Origin: Trichoplax adhaerens
Taxonomy: Eukaryota > Animalia > Placozoa
DNA length: 64,000 nt
Assembly (NCBI RefSeq): GCF_000150275.1
Contig: NW_002060943.1
Coordinates: 2,138,987 to 2,202,986 of the forward strand
Reading direction: 5' to 3'
The notes under the pieces are model-generated. The model was not told where the DNA came from, searched no databases, and was given only the letters and a program-made list of their open reading frames with translations. The position numbers and the translations under genes were made by a program. Shown in pieces: positions 40,701-53,947 of this stretch (position 1 is its first letter; each line of letters begins with the position of its first letter).

Positions 40701-43273
40701 TGTTCTTCGAGATAGTTATAATGAAATATCTAAATAATTCATCCATAGCACTCCGTATCCAATCTATAATCTCATATTCAAGCATTAAAAATAATGGCCA
40801 TATTGCTAAATGACTTCGCCACTTATTCCGGTTAAGAGTTATTGATTTATGGTAGCCCAAATTCAATTATTTAATTGTGATTTATCTGATTAACATTGGC
40901 TGTTGATTACCCATCTTGTTGTACTACTATTTTAGCCTTAAATTCCATAAATTAAATATGTTAAACGGAATTTACCGTATATAATTTTAATTTGTTCCCA
41001 ATGATCAACGATAATTAATTTTTAGTCAAAAAGTTTTAATTATTTTCTGTTTGTTAATGTTGTATCATAAAGTCAATATGCAATAGACGTATCCGTTTAT
41101 TACGATATGTCTAGAGTATTTAATGATCTATCTAGATTGATCCAATCGTTTTTGATGCATTATAGTTTTCGACATCTGTTCACGCTACTTAACAGGGTTG
41201 AGTGTATTATATTTAAGAGCTGTTTCTAATTTAAGAATATTTTCAATTCATTCAATAATTCTGTGCTTGCATCCAGTTTTTAAATAGAGTTAAGGAAATG
41301 ATGCATATCCGTTAGAGTTAAGAAATATACTTGATCATACTACTGTCAGATCTAATTTTACGCGTACGTAGTATTTATTATTGGTAAACATCTGTTCGCA
41401 TTACGTAAAAACACAGTTTTTGTAATCAATCAAAAGAAATAAAAATACTTCAAATCGGAGTAAAAGCTATAATACCATTATAATATCTTGCTATCTAAGC
41501 TACCAATCTGTAAGAGCGTCATATTAACTATAAAAATAAATTTTTTTCATGGATTGATATCGCCTATTCAAATAAGAGCATATTTAAATTGATAGAAATG
41601 AAAAATTGGATTGTACTAATTAAGATTTGGTAGGGTTTTTTATTATTGAGCTGGAATTTAAGATAAAATAATGCTAATTTATATTGATTAATTAAAAAGT
41701 AACTAGCAGAATGTTTATTTATCAAGATATGGAAATCTATACATCTGAATAACAACGATAATATTTACGATTATTAGAGTTGTTTATTCCTTACAAGTAT
41801 AACTTTACGGGAATGCAAAGGAACATAATGGATATTGTTGACGATAGAAATATTATCGATTATTTGGTGATATTAAATGCCATCGCCAAGAATTATAATC
41901 CAGAGGTAACGCATCGTTGATCCCATAATTTGTCAATTGACGAATTTTAGCGGTTACTTGATATTGATCATTGTAGTATGAAACAGTATCAAGATCTTAT
42001 TTTCTGAAAACCTCCATGTGCGTATTGCGGAATTGTGTAATAATAGCTAATGAGATATAGCCATTCAGTAATTTTTCGCTTTACTCTGGTATCAAAAAAT
42101 CCGATATTACAACCTCAGATTACGAAATATTTGTAATATGTAATAGATTTGAAAAATTTAACTTCAACCGTGCCTGAAGTGAATCTTATATATCATATGC
42201 ACGTCATTAGATCCTTCGTGTAATTGTTGCAATCATCACCATATCCAGTCAAATATTACAATGTAAAAGTTAGATCTGGTCTGTCAAATTAAAAGGGACT
42301 CGATAGCTTTGGAAGTGACTAATTTGTTAACTCAACCACCAAATAGTCACTACACTATTCATATCCTCATACATGTATCATTACATACACCAAAAACGTT
42401 CACATATAAAAGTGTATTTTACAAACAGACCTTTGTATCTTTACTAAAGCTATGTAATTTATATTCTAATAATGAACTCAGTTCCCATAGGAAGGATTAC
42501 TTATAAAGGAAAAATCATGTCGAGAATTAAACAGTTCCCATGTAGCTATTTACAATTCTATATTATAACTATTGACCCATACAAAGGAGCACATACGAAA
42601 ATTACTGTTTATAAATTGCTACTCAGCTCTATAACGTTTCCCTTCGCACACTATACTAAACAATTCCTAAATAAATTGACGATATTGTAAATACTACTCG
42701 ATAAGTTTGATATATAATGTGTGAATGACATTACGAAAATGCGAAAAGAATGATATTAAAAAGTTCTACAGATTTAATTCAATTACATAAATATATACGA
42801 ATAGTATATATAGTTTAACAATTTAAAACAGACTCTATCAATACATATATATATATATTTGTATTAGGTATACCTACACACACTATATTCCATTCATTTG
42901 TAATTACTAAAATTACTAAAATAGTAATAATATTCTTAACGTATTTTTGAAATGAAACGAATTAGGAAATGCCAATAAAAGCTTTAAAAGAAGTATAAAA
43001 AAATCTATATCTCAATAACTGAATAGCCTTAAAACTAAAATTTCTATAAAGGAATACCTCAATCAAGTGCTGATTCACAGCTACTGCACATAATATATTA
43101 ATTATCTGTTCATTTTGATGGAAAATAATGGGTGAGTTTCGAACCGTGATTGAGTATCATCATAAGCTCTTTAGCATATATATATAGCTCTGGTGCTTAG
43201 CTAGATTTTATGCCAATGAATGATTGAATTTACATTTAAGCGATAAAAATTAAATTCGCCGACATTATCGGGT

Positions 43274-46200
43274 CTAAGTGATGTAACGCTGTAAAGTCGA
43301 CTTAAAAGTAAAATACAACAAATTTAATTTAAGTATTGTAACAATGTTTTATCAACAAACACACTTTAAACCAGGATCTTCCATACAGCCACTTACGACT
43401 ATGTCATGTCATGAATACGGTATGTATATTACAGATTCATACCTCTTAAATAGAAGTTACCCGTATTTTGATGACATTACCGGGCTGATGATGGTACCAA
43501 ATGCACCCATTTATTTTTATACGTAAAAGAAACTATTCCTTTATAAGCTGTCCTCGGTATACCAGCCTAGCGAAATAGCATTAAAATACATTGGAAAGAA
43601 TTACTTGAGGACACTGAGTAATTAGTACAAGATCGCATATATTGATATCCAGTGAAAGGTCAGAATAGATTTTACAATGTAACGGCCAAACAATGACATT
43701 CTTATATGATACCGTCTTTCACTGTAGTAATAACGTTAGGAAAATTTGTCATAACGATACGATATAAATTATACTGTATATATCATAATTAATTTTGTGC
43801 CTCAGTGTACATATAATTTATGGCTATATAAACGAGTTTTGTTTAACTTAACCCTTGATAGTTCTATGGATGTTTAAACTACTTATACGAAGTACAGTAC
43901 TTGGTCATGAAATATTGTTAGCTGTAAATGTAATTATTATACTCCTTACGCATATAACCGATACAACTCCCTAATTCATGGTAGGAAATCTTACTTTAAA
44001 GTCCGTCATTAGTCCCAACCGTCGGGCTATTCTCACGAAACTACCCTCAGTTTTGTATTTTATACGAACGATGTCATCTTTTGGTCCAGTCTCAGCTAGC
44101 AGTTGTGAGAATGTTATTACAGGAGAACTATTGACAGTTTCCAGAAATTCACTATTATAATTTTCCTAGACAACGATAAAGTTTATTAATTAAAATTGAT
44201 AATATAAATATCAATGATTTCCGAAGAATTTCTAACCTTCTCAAGGTATGACAGATCTTTAGACATGAAGTCGACCTTGCCGGTGTTGATATTTATATGT
44301 TTCAGATATTTATCAAAAAACTGCCCCCTAATCATGATTAACCAATAGATTAGAATTTGCTACATTACGCGTAAGTTTACTTTTATGCTATGTACGACAG
44401 TTTTAGTAACATCGAAAGCACAGCTATCTTGGCGATTATATATTTGCTTATATACATGAATAGAATAGTTTAAAATTACTAACTGGCTAACTCCGATTCT
44501 CCCAAATGTTCGTGTTCTCGATATTTCCGGTCGAATACAAACTCTAACAATGAAGATTTAGAAAAAAGCATTAGTAAGCATTATGATGAATATTTGGCAG
44601 TAACCTGTTATTACAAGGTTGTACTAAATCATATTAATAAAATAAATATAATTTATAGTCGCTAAAATTTGAATGGTATATTACCGGTTCTGGCGTCGTG
44701 CTGGCTCCCTCATCCAATCGTCCCAGTACCTAAAAAAGAGATATAGAAACATCGATATGTCAAGAACATTTACTACTTTTAAAAATACAAAAGTAGCCTT
44801 TGATAACCATACAATTGAGCAATCTATTATGAATCATATTATTTCACTTATGTATACGTATTTATGCGTACGCTGGCGGCCATTTTGGGCCTATTTCTTG
44901 CCATAGATTTTTAGTTAGCATCCATCCTAGACCAGGGAAAAAGTCGCTGCGGTACAAGCGCTCTAGGATAAGATAACAGATTTCCGTTACACCGGGGTAG
45001 TAAAGTACAGTAACAGGCAACAACCACATCATACTGTAAACATTAATTACAATGTGCAATTAATAACGGAATAATTCCCACCCGTACCTGGACTCATCGT
45101 CAGTTCCTTTCGGCCGTTATCATTCCAGGCAGACACGCACCATATCGATTTATCTTTTTCCATAAGGTGTCTTGTAGCTTGAAAATATGAGAAAAAGTCG
45201 GCTGCTACATCCAGATCATCTGTTATGTTAAATTTAATAAATTTTAGCGTATATTTGAAATAAAGGTAAAAGATATCGAAACGTTCAAATTAAAATTACT
45301 GCAAAAGTCTCCATGTCTATTTTTGTGCAAATGCGTAATGTAGGTATACAGATATATACCTTCGACAATTATTACAGTTTCATAATTAAGAACATTAAAT
45401 ACTTGATCCAACGCCCATTTGTAGTGCCTAGCTATCTTATGATAACCAGATAGTCCTCCTGCTGGGGAAGGATTAAACTAGAATATGCAAGTAAATGCAT
45501 CAATTTATTTTGATAGATGTAGAATTATGAAAGTGATCATAATGTCTTCTACAGATTTCTAGCTATTAATATTAGCATGAATAATTGATGAAAACCTGTA
45601 GATATTTTATACGGTCCCCGTAACCGTTTAGAACCTCCGCAGTTTTTTGATCGCCACAATCCTATAAGAGAAGATGTATAAAGTTGTTTATTGCGTTTAT
45701 GAAACAATATAGTCTTTGATTCTTTGACTTTTCAATATATATAATTGTGTAACTTATAAAGGATATTTAAATAACACTATTAAGGATAGTATCTTTGCAT
45801 GTGACTTCGCGAACCTGGCTGACGATTATGGGATAATAAGTTGTAGAAGGTCGATTCCTAATATGATATGGCAAAGTCATTAATTAGAATTCGGGATAAA
45901 AGGGTCACTTCATCTAGATAAGCTATGCTAGGTAGGTACCAATGATTAATTTTTGTCGTTGTAATTACTACCAGATAATTATACACAGTATAAGTCCGTC
46001 TTACAATAGGACGTGAGGATGATGTTGTAAAATTAGTCTAGCTTGGCAACTATTTAGAGATGTTACAAAATAGACTAATCTAATCGTCCTACACTAAGCA
46101 ATATCTATATTCTGTATCAATTAAGGACAACATCATTAATTAAAGCATATCATCCAAACATGGCTAACATAGATATGGTTTACAAAGCTTACGAAACTGT

Positions 46201-47218
46201 TATATTCTTCATAGATCAACTGTAGATAAACGTCGTTATGTAATTTTATGCTGAATACTGATTAATACCATAAAATGGTAGAAAATCATCTGATAACACT
46301 ATCAGGAATATCCCAATCATTAATGTATATGTGCAGATATAATTTCGATGATCAATAATTAAAAAAATTCAATCTCGAGTATACATTTTCAAGCAGAAGG
46401 GTACAAAATTAGTGGTGCTTTCTATAATGATATTATTGACATGAATATCTGTCACTCGTTATTAGACTAACAACGAGATAGTGATTTAAGTAGAACGAGG
46501 TCGTTCTTACCTGAAGAGTAAATCAACACATCGTTTAACAGATGGGCGATTACATGCGATGACGAGTACAGCAATAGTATAGTTCTTAATAGTTTGTTTT
46601 TTTTCTTTGGGAAAGTGATCCACTGGTGCTATAAATGATAAAATTAGGTCATTTATGTTCTATTGACTGTAAAACCACTCAATTCAATATATCTACTAAA
46701 TTAAGTCATATTGCTAATAATCATATACTGGAATACTGCATCTATGATATACACTTCTATGCAGTATTTATGCGTGTTCAATAAGTCTTACTTGGTTGAG
46801 GTGATTCTTTAACTGAGCCTTTTGGTGATAATTTTGGATGGTTGACTTGATCCGTTAGTGAACCTGTGTCTTGATACTGATTGACCTACATAAGATAAGA
46901 AGAATATGGCACTACAACTCTCGATAGCAATGATTACATACTTTTATTTCCCATCACTACTATTGCCCGCTCATCCGCTGGTGACAATATCAGCACTAAT
47001 CCATTCTACTAAGTTTTATAAAGCTCATGCATAATATTATAGTATCTTAAGTAACATTCTACTTGTATAATCCTTGAAACAATTATCAATGCTATTAGTT
47101 GCCTTATTATCATTGAACTTACATTAGTGTTAGGATTATCTAGCATACTCCGCAAAAGGTACAAGTTACCAACAACAAAGACAGTGACGGCCACTGCCAA
47201 TAATAGCCTGCTCTTCAT
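43274..47218 (-). CDS. MGAT1: Alpha-1,3-mannosyl-glycoprotein 2-beta-N-acetylglucosaminyltransferase (GnT-I, GT13), ~15 coding exons
   Basis: Type II TM anchor [22 protein letters not shown]. Motifs [51 protein letters not shown] (EDD), [43 protein letters not shown] and [14 protein letters not shown]. The last two small exons (~43367-43408 [10 protein letters not shown] and 43274-43288) are tentative; the alternative stop is at 43477. Confidence 0.93.
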
Positions 47219-47229
47219 ATTCTAAGATA

Positions 47230-47765
47230 GCAGAAAGAGATCGATAATACATCAAAGAAAGTGCAAACTTATCAATCTCGTTACGATTGTATAGTAGAAT
47301 AGTAATTATGATGTCCACATACATAGGTATTAACCTGCCCTTGCTATTATTCTATGATAGGAAAGTATAAACCTATCAATCTCGTTCTAATTCTATAGTA
47401 GAAGAGTAAATGATGATATCTATAAAGATCAATCTGCTCTTGCTATTCTATGACGGATAAGTGTAAACCTATCAATCTCGTTATAATTGTATAATAGAAC
47501 AGCAAACTACAGTGTGATTTTTGTTTATATCAATGTACTTTTCCTATTCTAGGATGAGAGAAAAAGATTGACAAATGAATGTAAGAAAGTGTAAACACTA
47601 CACCTATTACATATCTCGTTACGCAAATAGCAAATCATGATATTTGTTCACGTTAACCTGCTCTTCCTATCCTATGATGGGAGAAAGAGATTGACCATGT
47701 ATCAAAGAAAGTGTAGAAGTATCCTTATAATTGTATAGTAACAAATCATGATACTTGTTCACAAC
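47230..47765. repeat. Degenerate ~100-125 bp tandem repeat x5 in MGAT1 5'-UTR intron
   Basis: aaagtgtaaac.tatcaatctcgtt..aattgtatagtagaa recurs at ~47258, 47362 and 47459, with looser copies at 47586 and 47708. Confidence 0.75.
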
Positions 47766-47909
47766 AACTGAATTAGTTCCATTATCTCCATTAATAGGAC
47801 TGTGTACTGTGGGTGTTGCAGTCAATCCAAGACTATCACATTGACACTTTTAGACTTTCTAATAGATTACACCATTCATCCTATTTCTATATTTAGTACC
47901 CAAGCTCAC

Positions 47910-48050
47910 CTCTTCTTTGCCAATCGCTATCCAACAGATAAAATCAATACGCCATTTCTTGTCCTGGTAGCAATCAGTGGAAATCAATGGCCATGTTCTG
48001 GCAGTTTGGGTCTGCTGCAGTCTAGCGCATCGACAAGCTGACGTGATGTC
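47910..48050 (-). promoter_or_regulatory. Putative MGAT1 non-coding first exon and proximal promoter
   Basis: Donor AG|GTGAGC at 47909. Acceptor cttag|AATATG lies 3 nt before the MGAT1 ATG. GC-richer segment with TGACGTGA at 48039-48046. Confidence 0.5.
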
Positions 48051-48100
48051 CTGTACAGTGTACAGTACTTTTCACTCCCTTTGGCAAGAAAGTCTTGAAC

Positions 48101-49560
48101 TGTAGAACGGGCAGTACAGTACATTCAATCATGAACCCATTCATCACCTAGTACGCTATACTGTACTATACACTAGTATACAGTACATTGTACAAAAGCA
48201 TACAGTATTGTGGCGTTCTCTACCATGCCTACCCCTAGCATAAATAATGTCACGGATCCCTGCCTACAGTACACCGAGTAAAGTACAGTACTGTACTATA
48301 CAATATAAACTATCTCAGACTAGGATCGACTACAGTATTAAGTACTCTGTTACAGTACCTGCTCCCTAGGAAAAGGGTGACATCATTTTTTCTACAAACT
48401 ACAGTACAGTATACAGACAGCACTGTGCAGCGTACTGTACTGTACTGTATGCTGACGTGGTCAAGCCCCCTAGACGGACAAGCCATCAAGAAGTGAAAAG
48501 TAATAATGAATCCGAGCTTATTTGAGATCGAGGCAACTAATTCTATTCGTAACTAATTCATTATATATAAAATAGTGTAGAACGGGCTGTACAGTACTGT
48601 ACAGTACATTCAATCATGAATCCATTCATCACCTAGCACGCTATACTGTACTGTATACTAGTATACTGAACATTGGACAGAAGCATATTGTGGCGTTCTC
48701 TACCATGCCTACCCCTGGCACAAATAATGTCACGGATCCCTGCCTACAGTACACTGAGTATAGTACAGTACTGTACAATATACAGTAAACTATCTCAGAC
48801 TAGGATCGACTACAGTACTTAGTACTCTGTTACAGTACCTGCTCCCTAGGAAAAGGGTGACATCATTTTTTTTTCTACAAACTACAGTATACAGACAGCA
48901 CTGTGCAGCGTACTATACTGTACTGTACTGTATGCTGACGTGGTCAAGCCCCTAGACGGACAAGCCATCAAGAAGTGAAAAGTAATAATGAATCCCGAGC
49001 TTATTTGAGATCGAGGCAACTAATTCTATTTGTAACTAATTCATTATATATAAAATAGTGTAGAACGGGCAGTACAGTACTGTACAGTACATTCAATCAT
49101 GAATCCATTCATCACCTAGCACGCTACAGTATACTGTACTGTACTGTATACCGTACAGTACTAGTACTGTATACAGTACAGTACAGTACATTGTACAAAG
49201 CATATTGTGGCGTTCTCTACCATGCCCACCCCTAGCATAAATAATGTCACGGATCCCTGCCTACAGTACACTGAGTATAGTACAGTACTGTACAATATAC
49301 AGTACAGTAAACTATCTCAGACTAGGATCGATTACAGTACTTAGTACTCTGTTACAGTACCTGCTCCCTAGGAAAAGGGTGACATCATTTTTGTTTTCTA
49401 CAAACTACAGTATACAGCACTGTGCAGCGTACTGTACTGTATGCTGACGTGGTCAAGCCCCTAGACGGACAAGCCATCAAGAAGTGAAAAGTAATAATGA
49501 ATCCGAGCTTGTTTGAGATCGAGGCAACTAATTCTATTTGTAACTAATTCATTATATATA
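48101..49560. repeat. Three tandem copies of a ~480-bp unit (48101-48575, 48576-49058, 49059-49560)
   Basis: Each unit starts tgtagaacgggc and ends aactaattcattatatata. Copies are highly similar and differ mainly in TACAG/CTGTA tract length and T-run length. Confidence 0.95.
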
Positions 49561-51370
49561 TATTATGAATAGAATTTACTGGAAGCAAGAAATTTTCTCA
49601 ATTTGAAGTACAGCAACATATAGAATAACAATTTTAAATAAGTTCATTGGTAATAAATCGAGAGAGAACGAATACTCTAGGTCTATCGAGCTAATGTAGC
49701 TAAAACAAGATTATGCCTGATCTTGCTATGATTGCCACTCGCCACTACAGTAGCGATGGAGGCAGCCGGTTTGACCAGCAGTCCCCGATAAATAGTGTTA
49801 CTTTACTACGTAGATAGTCGCCAATCTCTCGATGATAGTATCTACGGATGTTATCAATAGGATTAGGCTACTGCCACAGTCAGAAATTTGAAAAGTCTAC
49901 CAGTATGCTAGGAGTCTATGGCACTCAATCTGGTACTGGTAATTACTCCACAATGTACATATACTGTGGATCCATCGGGATACAGGACGAGTATTAGTTT
50001 GGCCATGAATAAATCCGAGTTCATTTTTCTTTCTTTATTCCTACATAGTGTGTGTGTATGTACAGCAGTGTTGATATCCATTATTTTATCTAGAAATACA
50101 GTAATCTACAAGAACTATACGCTAATATACTCATCGAAGTTGAAACGATCTCATCTACTGCACGGTATAGCCAGTTAAACGGCATACAAAGTAGGAATGT
50201 AATTGAAATGACGTGATAAAATACTAAGCGTATATGCAAGACCATGGATTATACTGGTCATTTAGTAATCCATGGCTTGCGTAGCCAGTACCAGCATGCG
50301 ATAAATGTTTCTACAGCCTAAAACAAAGTAAATTCAGTTTTCTTTCTATTTACTGTAGTAATATCGTTTTTTATTCAGTATTGGGCAATAAATAATCAAT
50401 ACCATATCGCACAATCTTTTGCAAGACCCATGATTGCAAATTTGCAATCAGACTTTACGCTCATAAATGTACGCAATGTTTGCATATACACTCCAGCTGT
50501 ACAGTGCTAAAAGGCGATATAGAATGTCGAAATAGCCAGTTTTGTACTTTCCAAGGTAAAATATCAGCCTTTTACGTCTATTCCAAGAAATGCATCAGAA
50601 GTCCATCCCTTGAGCAAGTTAATGTTATACCATTACAACTATCAAAAAATTATTTCGACATCAACACACAGTTTCAAAGTTATCAAAATTAGCCGTCCAC
50701 CATGAGATACAAAGCTTTCCAATTGTTTCAACATAGAGATTTAAGAAAAATATTTACATCTGTAGTGACAATATATGATTTTCCGTTACAGCGTAAGGCT
50801 ACGTGGTCAGTACATATCTTAGATTGCAAGTATCCTTCAACTGACACTGCACGGTATTCAAAGTAAATTTACGAATTTGAATCCTGCATTTCGACGAATA
50901 GTTATTACTAGTTTATGTATTACTAGATACGAATTTAGAAAATCCCTAGTAAGTTTCTTATTTTTTAGCAAACTACCAGACCGCATTGAGTAAAATATAA
51001 ATAGTGTTCACAGGCTCCTTCCATTTACAATTAAATTTGTTACTACTGTCTACTTTACCAACTAATGTAAGTAACACATCCTAATAATGCTATACTCCTA
51101 CTTTCGTGGCATTATTATAGTATTTAGATAGAGTTTTACAATTCCTTTACATTTAAAGATATTAATAATGCCTCATAAATTTTAAAGGAGGAAAGTGGCA
51201 CTCCTGCTAAAGCTCATAGAAATATAGAGATTACATTCATTTAATGTTTCATGAGTGTGTTCTGCTGCGTTACGGTATCACACAAAAAATCAATGAGTTA
51301 AAATCCTCAGTTGTACTGTACGTAGGGAGTTTTATAAGCGGAATTGAACTCCCTTTAGCCAGAAGAACCT

Positions 51371-53947
51371 TTATCCACGATTGCTTAGGTGATTTAGTAT
51401 TCGCAACAACTCGATGAACAGATTAATAATGTCGAGGTATAAATTAATCGCTGCGATAATGTAATCTTCTGGAGACAACCTCTTTAGGATCAACTGAGTA
51501 TCAAATATAATAAATGCACAAAATAGCAAGGCCCCACCAATGGCCAGAACCATATCAGCGGCCTCACTCTTAAAAAATAGCTATAAAAATGGAGAGATAA
51601 TTATGAAGTTGTATTACGAAGAAGAATTTTAATAGCTCCGTAATCATCTTAATGTATCAGCTATATACCTGTAAAAATCCAGCTACGATTAACATCCAGA
51701 GAATTGATATCAATCTACCGTATTTTTGGAAAAGAGTAAATATGTTTATATCACTTTCAAAATGCAAAATAGTTTAAGGGGCTGATCATCTTAGTGAGTG
51801 TTGGAAATTATTGAACTCTAATTTCGAAACGCAAGTAAATTGTAAGATCAAACGTAATTAGTTCTTACCCTGCTCCCCAGGCACTAAAGTCATATTTCGA
51901 TTGAAAAGTAAATGCCGTTAGGGCTGTAGTGATGGCAAGTGTTAAGAAGAATGCTTCTAAGACTATAACGGAGTCATATATGGTAACTTTATGGGATTTG
52001 ATGAATCCAAGTCGGTCATAATGCCAATATAGAATATAAAGCATCAACAATTTAATTTTAGAACGAAAGTAACAATCAAAGTTGTCAACTTTTCAAAGAA
52101 TCCATCGAGAATTTTCAATGTAACCAAATTAATGACGAAATTGATAGACGATTATGAGATTGTACTTTACATAAATAACCTTACCTACGTTTGCCAGTGT
52201 CACAGCTTCAAAGAAAGTCTAAATAAACAGGTTGTAGATGTTATGTTAATTTAATAATGAATCAAAAGCTAGTACAATTATAATCAGTTTTAACATTATA
52301 ATAATTGTTTAACAATATTCTCATCTCTAATGATCATACATGATACATGATCATCGATTCTACACGCAGTAAAGTACAGATAAATGAATGCACAATTTTA
52401 CGTCAACAAATTTTTAGAAATCTATCTATGTTATTCATGTAAACCTATCATTCATTATGACTCTGCTCAGATACTAGTTTACTAGTTCGACAAGTAATAT
52501 GACAGATTTATATCATGGAGATTAAGATACAGTATAGACTGAAATGAATAAAAGCATATTCCATCATGAAAATGCAAAGCTGTTGCTAACTGTATGATGA
52601 TTTAAACAAGAATATACTAAACTTACAAATGCCATCAGTAAGTACATATTTGTTGGGGCCTCTCTTTGTTTCATCATCAAGGCAACCAAAGTGACAATGG
52701 TTAAAGCCATGCAAATAAACACTATTGCGTGGCTAACAAAGTTAGAAATACATATATTGCGTTTAGTACCACATATATGATGTGATGTTGAACACTATGA
52801 AGTTAACTTATATCGAATGAAAGTGATAGCGCTCGCAATTCTACAGTCTTTCTGCTGCAAGTTATTATTTTAATGCGTAAAATGAGTGCAACATTGGCAA
52901 AGTATGCCACCTTGAGAATTTCATCAAAAGCTTAAACCTAGCTACGATCTATTTTATGACCATTACTTTCTTGTATAAAAATTACGATAACAAACCTGGT
53001 TTGAATGAAGGCTTTAAGGGTTGGCACGAACATGAATAATGCACACGTAGCAGTGGTTAATAGTAACTGAGTACAAACGATGCCATAAACTTTGCGCAGG
53101 AAAGCTGTAGTAGTATCCAAAACGAAAAACCAATCGATTTTATAATTAAGTGATTGTACAACGATTGTTGATTAGATTTATCACAGACGAGACATAATCA
53201 CAAAGACATGACTAAAAGGTGTACAAATTGATGAATCATCATCACTGCATGCTTGTACAGTAGCAAATTTCATCACAGTAAAGGGCTGTGCTACCATGCT
53301 AGTCGTCTTATTCAAATTATATATTACTAAGTTACTAAATTAATTACATAAAGTTCAGTCTACCGCAATACGGACAAGTAGTAAGTAGACTATCAACCAA
53401 AGCATTCATCGACTACCGTAATGAACAATTGAAAACTTGATACCTTTATTTAAAAGAATGTAATAAAACTAAAAGAGAACGTAAAATAGTTAACTATCTC
53501 AACGGTTGGTATTTTCATTTACTCCATACTGTACAGTGTACACCACCAAGTAGTGGATATTAGTACTAAACGAAGAAAGTAAACAAAACTAAGCCATTTG
53601 GGTTGCCTCTCCTTCATGCTAGAATTGCCATAGAGAACGCTTACAACAGAATCGATGTCTACTTCCGAGATTATAGTAAACTATTACTAGCCTATATAGG
53701 AAAGACTAGATTACGCCTGTCTTGTCTACAATTCTACATGCATCAATCAGTAAGGAGTACCAGCATCATCAAAAATCAAGGATTAAGTTCCTATATATGC
53801 AACCTACAAAAGAGCATTACCGAGTCGAATACTTTTTTCGGCTTGTGCTACGTTAACGCCATAATTAAAATCATCATGATAGAACGTTTTTGTTGCAGTA
53901 GGAGGAGCTGTTGCCATATTTTTTCCATCACTATCAGATGATGCCAT
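51371..53947 (-). CDS. TMBIM4: Transmembrane BAX-inhibitor motif protein 4 (GAAP/LFG4), 7 coding exons
   Basis: Exon 53821-53947 encodes MASSDS..HDDFNYGVNVAQAEKSIRL and joins AFLRKVYGIV. Further motifs: PTNMYLL, TFQSKYDFSAWGAG and GALLFCAFIIFDTQLILKRLSPEDYIIAAINLYLDIINLF (the TMBIM SPEDY..LYLDIINLF signature). Confidence 0.93.

Noticed and set aside
4425-47226. TTC17 and MGAT1 both begin ag|AATATGAA
   Set aside because: Consistent with an ordinary A-rich Kozak context after a UTR intron; two cases are too few.
48101-49560. Possible snRNA/5S/tRNA gene array or CRISPR-like array
   Set aside because: No recognisable RNA gene motifs and no unique spacers; the context is eukaryotic. An Rfam scan was not possible.
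51323-51354. 8-bp stem (AGGGAGTT/AACTCCCT) just after the TMBIM4 stop
   Set aside because: Short stem and a TAA-A stop context unfavourable for readthrough; no SECIS features.
53603-53941. 112-aa plus-strand ORF
   Set aside because: Antisense shadow of the first TMBIM4 coding exon with a TTG start.
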